Assembly: GCA_963727455.1 (NCBI GenBank)
Contig: CAVSGG010000012.1
Coordinates: 88,609 to 152,608 of the forward strand
DNA: 64,000 nt
Source of the DNA: Candidatus Krumholzibacteriota bacterium
GTDB lineage: Bacteria > Krumholzibacteriota > Krumholzibacteriia > JAJRXK01
Direction: 5' to 3'
Shown here: piece after piece, positions 40,495 to 50,582 of the stretch
How the letters are laid out: every line of letters begins with the position of its first letter
How positions within the stretch are numbered: position 1 is the stretch's first letter
Program-made: the position numbers and the translations under genes
Notes under the pieces: model-generated
The model's input: the letters and a program-made list of their open reading frames with translations, nothing else
What the model was told of the DNA's origin: nothing
Database searches by the model: none

Positions 40495-41562
40495 ATGTCT
40501 ACCATCCGCGATGTGGCTCGAATCGCTGGGGTATCGATCGCGACGGTTTCACGAGTTCTGAACGGCAGTAACCGGGTGAGTGAAGAGACATGCCGTAGGG
40601 TCTGGGCCGCTGCCACCCAACTCGACTATTGGCCCAATGCTGCCGCACGCGCCCTGACCACTCGCAAAGCCCACACCATCGGAATTCTGCTCCCCGACCT
40701 CTACGGAGAGTTCTATTCGGAGTTGATCCGAGGCGTCGACCAGACGGCGCGGAAGCAGGGCTACCAGATTCTCCTGTCGAGTTCGCACGGAGAGCCTGAG
40801 ACGATACTCGGTTCTGCCCGATCCATGCTGGGGCGGGTAGAGGGCCTCATCATCATGGCGCCCCACCGCGATTCTCCGGATGCGCTGCTGCAGATCTCCA
40901 AGAGGTTTCCCACCGTGCTCTTGAATCCAGGCGTGGATGTGCCGGGTTGCAGTTCGGTAGCGGTTCCCAATTTCGATAGTGCGCAAGCCCTGATTCGGCA
41001 TCTACTACGCCTCGGGCATCAGTCCATCGCCATCATCAAAGGACCCTCGGGCAACGTTGATGCTGAAGAGCGTCTGCGCGGATACCTGAAAGCCGTGGTC
41101 GACCAGGGAATCGAACCCGAAGAGAGAATCGAACTCCAAGGTGATTTCACGGAGGTTTCCGGATTCCAAGCCGCCACCCACTTGCTGCGAATGGACAAAC
41201 TGCCCGACTCCATCTTCGCCACCAACGACTCCATGGCAGTCGGCGCGCTGAGCGCGCTGGGTGCTGCCGGTGTCGAGATTCCGGAGGATGTTGCGATCGT
41301 CGGCTTCGACGATATTTCCATCGCTCAGTTCGTCACTCCCGCCCTCACAACTGTCCAGACCGATGCCTTCGGAATGGGAGAGCGGGCGGTCGACCTCCTC
41401 ATTGCTTCAATCCAAGACCCTACGCAAACCGGTGTGGTCAACGAAGTCCTACCTGCCCCCCTGGTGATCCGCAAATCCTGTGGTGCCAACGCAGAGTGGG
41501 AACAAGCTAGTCTGCGCCTAGGAGACTCAGAAACGAGATTTGCGGCGGGACGAACTCCATGA
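40495..41562 (+). CDS. LacI family transcriptional regulator
   Basis: TIRDVARIAGVSIATVSRVLN HTH, Y.PNAAARAL hinge and IPEDVAIVGFDD. Confidence 0.95.
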   Translation: MSTIRDVARIAGVSIATVSRVLNGSNRVSEETCRRVWAAATQLDYWPNAAARALTTRKAHTIGILLPDLYGEFYSELIRGVDQTARKQGYQILLSSSHGEPETILGSARSMLGRVEGLIIMAPHRDSPDALLQISKRFPTVLLNPGVDVPGCSSVAVPNFDSAQALIRHLLRLGHQSIAIIKGPSGNVDAEERLRGYLKAVVDQGIEPEERIELQGDFTEVSGFQAATHLLRMDKLPDSIFATNDSMAVGALSALGAAGVEIPEDVAIVGFDDISIAQFVTPALTTVQTDAFGMGERAVDLLIASIQDPTQTGVVNEVLPAPLVIRKSCGANAEWEQASLRLGDSETRFAAGRTP

Positions 41563-41591
41563 ATCGCCAGCTCTACCGGGAGGCCCCAGTC

Positions 41592-43493
41592 ATGAAACGA
41601 ACAATTCTTCTACCCTTGTTGGTCCTGAGCCTAGCCCTCGTTCTCCCCGCACACGCAGAGACCCCCCGGCAGGATGCAATCTGGGCGAGGACCACGACAG
41701 ACCCGATCACCTTGGACGGTGTCTTGGACGAACCCGCCTGGGCGAGTGCGGAGACCATGACTCTGCAGTGGGCGCAGGACGCCGGTATCCCAGGGAGCGG
41801 TTGGAAAGTGGAAAGTGGTCACCTCACCAGTACTGACCCCACGAACGCCACCCTCAAGTTCCTGATCAAAGACAACCAGCTTTATCTGGGGGCGTTCATC
41901 CCCGACAAGTCCATCGGGGGATCTGCGGAGTTCAACCGCTTCGACGGGCTCCTGATGTCGCTCAAAGATCACTCGTATCTCACCGCGGCCCCAAAACCAA
42001 CCGCCGAGTACTTCTACTCTTGGTGGCACCCTGATAATCCACTGGAACCGGACCCGCAGCCCGCCGGACAGGCCCCGGGCTTCGTGGGAAGCTGGGCGGA
42101 ATATCCCCCCGGAACCCCTCGCACTCCGGCCCAGATCGACGCCTGGGACGCGGCGACCGTCGTCGATGGTCTCAGCAATGACGACTCCACTCCTGACCAG
42201 AGCTACACGATCGAGATGCGCTTCAATCTCACCCCCATGGGGTATGACGTCACGCAGCCCACCGGCGACATTCTCGAATGGGGTATCTCCATCTACGACT
42301 GCGATTATTTCTGGCCGATCAGCTCCGCGCTCTTCACGGTGAACCGTGTGTGGTGGCAGTCACCGTGGGGCAACGCGACTTGGTACAACGAGGTTCGTAT
42401 CTATGGCCGGCCCGATGTCACGACCAGCTCGGGACCCGTCCCGCCCATCGATTCTGAATTTGTGATCAACGAGATTCCTTCGGCATCGCCGGTCATCGAT
42501 GGAGTGCTTGATGAACCCGAGTGGAACGACGCCAAGGTCCTGAATATTGACCTGCGCTATGGGGACCAGACTTTGCGCGAATCCTACCCAGGCGTCGCTG
42601 CCGCCCGTGCCGGTCAATTCCAGCCGACGGTAAATGGCGGCACCGCCTTCGTCTTGGATCCCGGCGACGCGACAGTGAAGATGTTTTTCAAGGGCAACGA
42701 ACTCTACCTGGGCTTCGACGTGAACGATCAGGTGGTGCAATACCACCCCGACTTCGATCGTTGGGATGGTTTCCTCGTCACGATCAACGACCGAGGCACA
42801 CGCGGACCGGATAATCAGCTCCTGGGTCGACGCCTCTCCTTTCAGGTCAACGAAGATGGGACAGCCCTGGCGCAGGATTATCTCAACACCCTTGTGCTTC
42901 AGGGAGACGCCCAGGTCCAGCTCTCGCTGAAGGGAAGCACTTCGGTCGATACCTTGGGCACGAGCGCGGATGTCGGTTACACGGCCGAAATGTCGATTGA
43001 TCTGACCGCGCTGGGCTACCCGGCGGGTCTGGGGGATCAGACGCTGTTCCTCGGTCTCAACTTGCTGGACGGAGACTCGTTCATTCCCATCACCGACAGC
43101 TACGGAACCCGAACCTGGTGGTTCCGCGAGTATGAAAACGAATGCTGCGCGGCATGGGTTCACATGGCGAAGGATGCGGTTACCGCGACAGGGCCCGCAG
43201 TGAACCCCTCGCAGGCCTACTACATCATCAAGAACTTCCCCAATCCCTCGCTGAAGACGACCATTCAATACTCACTCGCTCTGCCGAGTGACGTGACCTT
43301 CGAAGTCTACGACGTGCGGGGCCGACTCGTAGAGAAGCGCCACGTTGGGGTTCAGGGCGGTGGTGCCAACGAGCTGCTCTTTGACGGTAGCGACCAGAGT
43401 GCCGGACTTTACCTCTATCGCCTCAGAGTGGCCGATCCCAACTCCGGATCGATGCGAGCCGATTTACAGGGGAAATTGCTGCTGACAAAGTAG
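41592..43493 (+). CDS. Secreted protein with two CBM9/DOMON-like domains and a C-terminal sorting domain
   Basis: GGGAGG RBS and signal peptide; duplicated I.LDGVLDEP.W..A ... LYLG ... YT.EM units; C-terminal NFPNP..TTIQYSL..VYDVRGRLV..SAGLYLYRL. Confidence 0.68.
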   Translation: MKRTILLPLLVLSLALVLPAHAETPRQDAIWARTTTDPITLDGVLDEPAWASAETMTLQWAQDAGIPGSGWKVESGHLTSTDPTNATLKFLIKDNQLYLGAFIPDKSIGGSAEFNRFDGLLMSLKDHSYLTAAPKPTAEYFYSWWHPDNPLEPDPQPAGQAPGFVGSWAEYPPGTPRTPAQIDAWDAATVVDGLSNDDSTPDQSYTIEMRFNLTPMGYDVTQPTGDILEWGISIYDCDYFWPISSALFTVNRVWWQSPWGNATWYNEVRIYGRPDVTTSSGPVPPIDSEFVINEIPSASPVIDGVLDEPEWNDAKVLNIDLRYGDQTLRESYPGVAAARAGQFQPTVNGGTAFVLDPGDATVKMFFKGNELYLGFDVNDQVVQYHPDFDRWDGFLVTINDRGTRGPDNQLLGRRLSFQVNEDGTALAQDYLNTLVLQGDAQVQLSLKGSTSVDTLGTSADVGYTAEMSIDLTALGYPAGLGDQTLFLGLNLLDGDSFIPITDSYGTRTWWFREYENECCAAWVHMAKDAVTATGPAVNPSQAYYIIKNFPNPSLKTTIQYSLALPSDVTFEVYDVRGRLVEKRHVGVQGGGANELLFDGSDQSAGLYLYRLRVADPNSGSMRADLQGKLLLTK

Positions 43494-43599
43494 CCGCGCT
43501 GTGAGCGGGCTAACACCTCGACCGGTCTTTTGAGTCGAGTGTCCAGGAAGGAGGTGCGAGATCTTAGGGCAAGCAACGCTGGTCAGAATCCGTAGCGCG

Positions 43600-46230
43600 G
43601 TGACGGGACTCCTTTTGCTCTGTTGTTCCCTTTTTCCGCAATGGGCTACGGCAGGAACCACCGGTACTGTGACCGGAACCGTCCACGACGAGGCTGGGGA
43701 ACCCATCGCCGCGGCAACCATTCGCGTGGAGGCCCAGCGCTATGGAGCGTACTCGGATATGAAAGGCGGGTTCTCCATCCTCAACGTGGCTCCGGGTACC
43801 TATGTCATCAGCGTGACTCGAATGGGATACGCCCCCGTCCGCGTCGAGAATGTGCGGGTGACGGCTGATGAGACCACCAAGCTCGACGTGAAGATGACTG
43901 AAGCCGCCCTCGAGACCGATGAGGTTGTCGTCAGAGCCGAACGTCCAGCAGTAGACCTGAATGTCACCAGCAGCAAGGTAACGGTCAGCAGAGAGGAGAT
44001 CAAAGACCTCCCGGTGCAGGAACTCGAGGACATCGTGGATCTTCAGGCGGGGGTAGTGGACGGTCACTTCCGCGGGGGAAGGTTGGGGGAAGTCCAGTAT
44101 CAGGTAGACGGCGCCAGTGTGAACAACGCATTCGACAATACGCCGAGTGTGAAGGTCGACCGCTCCCTATTGCAGGAAGTGCAAGTCCTCAGCGGCACCT
44201 TTGACGCAGAATACGGGCAGGCGATGAGCGGAGTCGTCAACGCCGTTCTAAGGGATGGGACCGAAGATTTCAGAGTGAATGGAGAGGCATTCCTGGGAAG
44301 TCACTTCTACCCGGGTAACTCCAGCCGCATCGCCAACGACACGATTCGGCCCACCGGCATTCAGAACTTTCAGCTTGGTCTCAGTGGTCCTTTAGGCCTC
44401 CCAAATACAGTCTTCCTACTCAGTGGACGGCGTTACGTTTTCGACGACTGGATCTACGGAACTCGGATCTTCGAGCCAACCGACAAAGCTGACTTCGAAA
44501 AGAAAATATATTCACCGACCGGCGACGGGACAAAAGTGCCTCTGGGGTACAGTCGTGAATGGTCTGGGGTTTTCAAACTGACCAATACTTCGATCAAGAA
44601 CGCCAAGATCAACTATCAGGCGCTTTTCAATCATGTGGATAGCCGACGTATGAACTATGCGTTCCGGTACAACCCCGATGGCCTATCCACCCAGGAGAAC
44701 TTCTCCATTTCCCATGGGCTCGACTGGACCCATTCTCTCGGCGAGAAGAGCTATCTCAAACTCATCGCTAGGCAGAACTACTCAAAATACACCGACTACG
44801 TCTACCCCGATGTCTACGACGCCAGATACGACTCGTCCGGAGCTCCGATCCAGGAGCCCAATTTCGAGCCGGGGGCCGTGATCCAGGGGGTGGAATTCAC
44901 GAGATTCAAGCAGGAGACCAATACTCTCCTGGTGAAAGGATCTGTGCTGAGCCAGCTCTCACCGACGCAGCAGATAAAGATCGGAGGAGAGTTCCAGCTT
45001 CCCAAAGTCTCATTCGGAACGCCCGGCTATCTGGTTTTTGCGCAGGGAGGAGGCGGAGAAGCACTCGATCGCCACGTCGATGAACCGCCCGACTACCCCG
45101 GAGTGCGAAGCTACTTTCCCATCGTGGCCTCGGCGTTCGCCCAAGAGGCCACCGAATGGACGAGCGTCAAGATCCGAGCCGGGTTCCGTTTGGACTATTT
45201 CAATGCCCGATCGACGGTTCCCAGTGATCTCGCCAATCCTGCCAACAGCATTGTCGGGGCTCCCACATCCATGAATGTGTCGACCACGACCAAGGTTTAT
45301 GCCTCACCGCGGCTTGGAGTGGCCTATCCTATCGAAGACCAGGCCGCCATTCATTTCGCGTGGGGGCATTTCCGTCAATATCCGCCCATCGGAGAGATCT
45401 TCAACAATTCGGACTACTCCGCGCTCTACAATCTCCAGGCGGGTGATCCCAACATTCGAACGATGGGGAATCCTGATGTCAGGCCGGAGCAGACCGTTCA
45501 GTACGAGATCGGATACAAGCAAACGCTCGGCCAGGACATGGGGATCGATCTGACGGCCTTTTACAAGGACATCCGATCGCTCATCGGTGTGGAGTTCATC
45601 GAGACCTACAACAGTGCGCTCTACGCACGACTTACCAATGTCGATTTCGGAAATGTTCTGGGTTTCACGATCGCGTTCGACCATCGCCAGCTGGGGCCCT
45701 TGCGTCTTTCCATGGACTACACCTGGCAGCAGGCGCTCGGCAACGCAAGCAACCCCCTGGAGACCGTAGCCCGCGCGGAAGCCAAAGAAGATCCACGGCC
45801 TCGCCTGGTGCCCTTCGCATGGGATCAACGGCACACCTTCAATCTGACGGCGGCCATTTCCAAACCAAATGACTACTCACTGAGCACGGTGATCAAGGTA
45901 GTCAGCGGGCAACCCTATACGCCGCTGCTCGACTCTGGATTCGGCAATGGTCTCGAGACGAATTCGGACAACAAACCAAGTGCACTACTGATCGACCTGC
46001 GCGCGGAAAAGAGCCTGGGATTCAGCGGAGTACGTCCGTCCATTTTTCTGCGCGTGTTCAATCTCTTCGATACGAGGTATTTCAACGGAGCCGTCTTCAA
46101 CAGTACTGGCAGTCCCTACTATTCGCGGTTTCCGGGGTCTGCAGATCAGATCGCGCTCGCCGATCCGTCACGGTTCTATACACCGCGCAGGATCGAGCTG
46201 GGCATTCGTTTCGAGACGGGGGCTTGGTGA
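43600..46230 (+). CDS. TonB-dependent receptor
   Basis: GTTGTVTGTV carboxypeptidase-regulatory-like domain, plug HFRGGR..EVQY.VDG..FDAEYGQAMSGVVN, SPRLGVAYPI, GNPDVRPEQTVQYE and WDQRHT. Confidence 0.9.
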   Translation: MTGLLLLCCSLFPQWATAGTTGTVTGTVHDEAGEPIAAATIRVEAQRYGAYSDMKGGFSILNVAPGTYVISVTRMGYAPVRVENVRVTADETTKLDVKMTEAALETDEVVVRAERPAVDLNVTSSKVTVSREEIKDLPVQELEDIVDLQAGVVDGHFRGGRLGEVQYQVDGASVNNAFDNTPSVKVDRSLLQEVQVLSGTFDAEYGQAMSGVVNAVLRDGTEDFRVNGEAFLGSHFYPGNSSRIANDTIRPTGIQNFQLGLSGPLGLPNTVFLLSGRRYVFDDWIYGTRIFEPTDKADFEKKIYSPTGDGTKVPLGYSREWSGVFKLTNTSIKNAKINYQALFNHVDSRRMNYAFRYNPDGLSTQENFSISHGLDWTHSLGEKSYLKLIARQNYSKYTDYVYPDVYDARYDSSGAPIQEPNFEPGAVIQGVEFTRFKQETNTLLVKGSVLSQLSPTQQIKIGGEFQLPKVSFGTPGYLVFAQGGGGEALDRHVDEPPDYPGVRSYFPIVASAFAQEATEWTSVKIRAGFRLDYFNARSTVPSDLANPANSIVGAPTSMNVSTTTKVYASPRLGVAYPIEDQAAIHFAWGHFRQYPPIGEIFNNSDYSALYNLQAGDPNIRTMGNPDVRPEQTVQYEIGYKQTLGQDMGIDLTAFYKDIRSLIGVEFIETYNSALYARLTNVDFGNVLGFTIAFDHRQLGPLRLSMDYTWQQALGNASNPLETVARAEAKEDPRPRLVPFAWDQRHTFNLTAAISKPNDYSLSTVIKVVSGQPYTPLLDSGFGNGLETNSDNKPSALLIDLRAEKSLGFSGVRPSIFLRVFNLFDTRYFNGAVFNSTGSPYYSRFPGSADQIALADPSRFYTPRRIELGIRFETGAW

Positions 46231-49200
46231 TGAGTCAGCGACGTGGAATCGATGATCGGCAATCGAGTGGTCCTGGCCGGCCGACTCTGGTCGCCGGACT
46301 GATGCTGATCTGTGCGGTCCTTTTCAGTGCTTATGCAGCGGCTGACGTTCCAACGCCAGTTCCATTCGCTGAGAGAGGCACCAAGGACGCCGAACGATCG
46401 GGTCTTCACGATGCCAGCAATATCCGTACGATATTTTGGAATTACGGAATGGTGGGAGACTACCCAATCGATCCCGTGAACGTGGACTTGAGCGTATTCC
46501 ATTCTGCCGAAGCTCCCAAAGGGTCTGGAATGAACTACAGCGATGGAATCACTCCCTTCGTTCTCGCCAAGATCACGCAGACCGATGGAAGCGAAGCGTA
46601 CGTCATGGAGACAGGGTACCGTGAGAGGCAGGGAAATAGCCCGTATTTCAACCGGGTCATGCGCTTCGAGCCCCGTCCCGGCTACTTGCAGCTCGAATCC
46701 AACCGAAATGTCGGACGATCCCCGGCCATCAGTAATGACCCACGAACCTGGCCTGATGTTTGGCCCGACCGTATCAACGATCCTGACGATCCGGGATGGT
46801 CCGGTTCCTGGAACGGCTACTTCGGGAAGCAAATCGTCGCGGATCAAGAGTCCTACTTCGTGCTCGACGACCAGTACTACGACGCATGGGATTTTTATCC
46901 GGACAGCCGGGATTCGACGCGCAAGGGACTCGGACTGCGAATCGAAGTACATGGATTCCAATGGGCGAATCCGCAGGCACGCAACGTGATCTTCTGGGTC
47001 TATGACATCACCAACGAGGGAACCACCGACTATGACGACAACATCATCTTCGGCTTGTACATGGATTCGGGTGTGGGAGGTTCAGCCCTATCTTGCGACG
47101 GTATCTTCGAATCCGACGATGACAACGCTTTTTTTGACCGGACCTTCGACAAGGATGTTCTCAACCTCGTCTACACTTGGGATCGTTATGGCCACGGAAG
47201 GGATCTGAACTCGTCGTGCGCCAAGACCGGCTACCTGGGGTACGCATATCTGGAGACGCCTGGGGAATCAACCGACGGAATCGACAACGATGAAGACGGA
47301 ATCACGGACGAAGCCCGTGATTCAGGGCCGGGCGAATTGTTGCAGGGAAAGGCAGCCATCGACGCCTATTTGGCTTCACACTACGATCTGGACCGTTTCG
47401 TCGCCACTTATGGGCCGCTCGAGGACTTGCCCGCGTATCGACTCGAACACTGGTGGACCGGCGACGAGGACATGGACTGGACGGTCGAGTTGCAAGATGT
47501 CGGAGTCGATGGCATTCCCGACAGCGGAGACACCGGTGAAGGGGATGGCATACCAACTTCTGGCGAGCCCAACTTCGACGCGCTAGATCTCAACGAGTCG
47601 GATCAGATTGGTCTCACCGGATTCAAGATCAACCGGATTCGGCCCGGACAGGGCAATCCGGATCAGACGGTCGATGACATTCTGTTTTTCACGACGCCGG
47701 CGAATTGGCCCCAACGCCTCTACGAACAATTCAGTGACCCCGACCCTTCCGTACGCTTCGGTGATCCGATTGGCTCGAACTACAACATCGGCTTCCTCTT
47801 CGCCTCGGGTCCGTTCAAGCTCAAGGCCGGCAAGACGGAGCGATTTAGCTTGGCCTTGGCCTATGGAGCCAACCTGGAAGAACTGCGCGGGACTGTGAAA
47901 ACGGTTCAGCAGATTTACGACGCTAACTACCGCTTCGCAGTTCCTCCTCCCCTACCCACTCTCACCGCAGAGGCTGGAGATGGCTATGTGCGCCTTTCCT
48001 GGAACAACAAGGCAGAGGGCGCTGCGGATCCCGTTACAGGAGAGTTCGACTTCGAGGGGTATCGCATCTACCGCTCGACCGACTTGAACTTCCTTGATCC
48101 CAAAGTCATCACCAATGCTACTGGCACCGATTTCGTAGGAAACGGTCGACCGGAGAAGATCTTCGACCTCAAAAATGGACGCAGAGGGTATTCGACACAG
48201 ATCGTGGACGGAGTCGCCTACTATCTGGGAGATGATACTGGCCTGCAACACACATGGACCGATACGACAGTCACGAATGGACAGGAATACTTCTACGCAA
48301 TCGCTTCCTTTGATCACGGCTCGGATAAGCTCGATTTCTACCCGTCTGAGAGTCCGATACTCGGAACGCGCACGCGGCGCGGTGAGTACATTCTCGCTGA
48401 TAACGTCATCCGCATACGCCCCAATCCCAAATCCGCCGGCTACGAGCCTGCCGAGACCACGGGGATCGAGCACTCCCAGGGCATCGGCGTAGCCGAGGTC
48501 AGAGTCGAAGTCGTCAATTCGAACCTCGTCCCGAACGACAATATCTACAGGATCAGTTTTGCCACACCGTCTGTGGACAGTCTACGAGCAACCTCCTATG
48601 CGCTGATCGATAGCACTGGTCACGAAATCCTGTTCGAGGGGGGTGTCGACCTTTCTGGAGAGGGCTCCGGTCCCGTGGCCCAGGGTTTACTCCCAGTGAT
48701 CAGTACTCTCTCCACGGTCGAGATCGATAGCGCGCGCACCGGATTTACCGACGGCTCTGACACAGATGCGCGGCCGATGACGAGCTATCAGATCGCGGCC
48801 CCGATCAATCTGAAGCGACCGGGCTTCCCCGATGATATCGTCGTGAGATTTTCCGACAGCGTCATTGACACCTCATTGGCGCTCTTCCCCTTCGCCCCAC
48901 GCCCCGCGAACTTCAAGGTTTTCGCGCGTGGGCCGGATGGCGAGCGGGAGATGGACTTCCGGTTCCGCGACCTGGATCTGGATGGAACGCTCTCTCAACC
49001 CAACGAGGTGATCGACGTCATCACCTATGTGGGTAGCGCGCCCACCCCAACCTGGAGATTGGAGTTGCCCACCGACGCGACCGCGCCAGTACGACCACCT
49101 GGAGACGGGGATGTTTTCGAGCTGGTCCTCGATCGCCCCTTGGCAGCGGACGACGTCTTCGTGTTCACCACCAAGGGCAAGGTCGTGGATCTCAATTCGG

Positions 49201-49526
49201 AAAAAGCAAAGGCTGAGTTTCAACCCTACGTCGTGCCGAATCCGTACATAGGCTCTGCCAGTTTCGAACCTGGGCGCTTCAACGTATCGGGCAGAGGCGA
49301 ACGTAGGATCGAATTCAGGGGAGTACCCATTAACTGCACCATCAGGATTTTTACGGTGAGGGGGGAACTCGTGCAAACACTCCACCATGATGGTTCAGAT
49401 GCAGGTTATGTAGCCTGGAATCTCCGGACAAAGGACAACCTGGACGTTGCGCCTGGCCTCTACGTCTATCACGTGGACGGTGGAAATCTCGGCTCGAATA
49501 TCGGCAAATTTGCCATCATCAAATGA
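46230..49526 (+). CDS. Large secreted acidic protein with Ca-binding-like motifs, an FN3-like domain and a CTD-like C-terminus
   Basis: Signal peptide; DGIDNDEDGITDE and DVGVDG..GEGDG motifs; PPPLP.L.A.AGDG.V.L.W; C-terminal YVVPNPY..CTIRIFT..GELV..WNL.TKDNLDVAPG.Y.YHV..KFAIIK. Confidence 0.7.
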   Translation: MSQRRGIDDRQSSGPGRPTLVAGLMLICAVLFSAYAAADVPTPVPFAERGTKDAERSGLHDASNIRTIFWNYGMVGDYPIDPVNVDLSVFHSAEAPKGSGMNYSDGITPFVLAKITQTDGSEAYVMETGYRERQGNSPYFNRVMRFEPRPGYLQLESNRNVGRSPAISNDPRTWPDVWPDRINDPDDPGWSGSWNGYFGKQIVADQESYFVLDDQYYDAWDFYPDSRDSTRKGLGLRIEVHGFQWANPQARNVIFWVYDITNEGTTDYDDNIIFGLYMDSGVGGSALSCDGIFESDDDNAFFDRTFDKDVLNLVYTWDRYGHGRDLNSSCAKTGYLGYAYLETPGESTDGIDNDEDGITDEARDSGPGELLQGKAAIDAYLASHYDLDRFVATYGPLEDLPAYRLEHWWTGDEDMDWTVELQDVGVDGIPDSGDTGEGDGIPTSGEPNFDALDLNESDQIGLTGFKINRIRPGQGNPDQTVDDILFFTTPANWPQRLYEQFSDPDPSVRFGDPIGSNYNIGFLFASGPFKLKAGKTERFSLALAYGANLEELRGTVKTVQQIYDANYRFAVPPPLPTLTAEAGDGYVRLSWNNKAEGAADPVTGEFDFEGYRIYRSTDLNFLDPKVITNATGTDFVGNGRPEKIFDLKNGRRGYSTQIVDGVAYYLGDDTGLQHTWTDTTVTNGQEYFYAIASFDHGSDKLDFYPSESPILGTRTRRGEYILADNVIRIRPNPKSAGYEPAETTGIEHSQGIGVAEVRVEVVNSNLVPNDNIYRISFATPSVDSLRATSYALIDSTGHEILFEGGVDLSGEGSGPVAQGLLPVISTLSTVEIDSARTGFTDGSDTDARPMTSYQIAAPINLKRPGFPDDIVVRFSDSVIDTSLALFPFAPRPANFKVFARGPDGEREMDFRFRDLDLDGTLSQPNEVIDVITYVGSAPTPTWRLELPTDATAPVRPPGDGDVFELVLDRPLAADDVFVFTTKGKVVDLNSEKAKAEFQPYVVPNPYIGSASFEPGRFNVSGRGERRIEFRGVPINCTIRIFTVRGELVQTLHHDGSDAGYVAWNLRTKDNLDVAPGLYVYHVDGGNLGSNIGKFAIIK

Positions 49527-49539
49527 TGAAGAGGATCTG

Positions 49540-50562
49540 ATGAAGAGGGCAGATCGTTTGTTGGTGATTCTGGTGTTGGCGATCTCGCTTGGCGGGGTAC
49601 GCTCTGTACACGCACAGTCCAAGACAGGGACTTCAATTGGTCAGTTCATGAACATCGAGCCCGGAGCGCGGCTCGCCGCGATGGGAAACGCCGGTGCTGC
49701 GGTATCTGGCGGCATCCAATCGGCGTATTTCAATCCTGGCGCTATCGGTGAGATCTCCGAATCGGTGGTCCATTTCACACACAGCGAGTGGTTTGCCGAT
49801 ATCAATTATAATTACGCAGCAGTCGCGTTCCCTGTCTCAGGATTTGGAACACTCTTCGGCAGTGTCACATCGCTGAACTCGGGGGACATCGCTGTTCGCA
49901 CGGTGGACAAGCCCCTGGGAACGGGCGAGCGCTACTCGGTCGGAGATACCGGCCTGACCATTGGCTTTGGCAAGCAGGTTACCCAGAGGTTCGTCGTAGG
50001 GCTCCAAGTGAATTACGTGACGGAGCGCATTTGGAATAGCTCGGTGACAGTGCTGACATTCGGACTGGGAACGGTGTATCGGCTTACAGACGACGATCTG
50101 CGTATTGGCTTTGCTCTCACCAACTTTGGGACGAAGGGCTCGTTTTCGGGAAGGGATCTGAGTATCCAGTACGATGCCAATCCGAACACGAACGGCGACA
50201 ACGGCACGCTTCCCGCATCGCAGTGGACGGGAAGCTTCCCGGTCCCAGTGCTCTTCCGTGTTGGCATGAGTCAACCGCTGAAGCTCAGCGAGGCCACCCT
50301 CATGACCCTGAGTTTCGATGCGCTCCACCCCAGCGACAACACGGAAACGATCAACCTGGGGCTAGAGCTGGCGTGGATGCAGCGATTGGCCCTGAGGGCC
50401 GGCTATCAAACCCTCTTCCAAGAGGACACCTACCTGGGACTCACACTGGGCTTCGGTCTGATAGGTTCACTTGGCGACGCTGGGTTTCACTTGGACTATG
50501 CGTGGGCTGATCACGAGTTCCTCGGGGGCACGCATCGGGTGAGTATGGGAGTTAACTTCTAG
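49540..50562 (+). CDS. PorV/PorQ-like outer membrane beta-barrel
   Basis: QFMNIEPGARLAAMGNA..YFNPG N-terminal signature, amphipathic strands, DYAW..THRVS and terminal F. Confidence 0.78.
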   Translation: MKRADRLLVILVLAISLGGVRSVHAQSKTGTSIGQFMNIEPGARLAAMGNAGAAVSGGIQSAYFNPGAIGEISESVVHFTHSEWFADINYNYAAVAFPVSGFGTLFGSVTSLNSGDIAVRTVDKPLGTGERYSVGDTGLTIGFGKQVTQRFVVGLQVNYVTERIWNSSVTVLTFGLGTVYRLTDDDLRIGFALTNFGTKGSFSGRDLSIQYDANPNTNGDNGTLPASQWTGSFPVPVLFRVGMSQPLKLSEATLMTLSFDALHPSDNTETINLGLELAWMQRLALRAGYQTLFQEDTYLGLTLGFGLIGSLGDAGFHLDYAWADHEFLGGTHRVSMGVNF

Positions 50563-50582
50563 TGGGCATCGAGAGGATTATC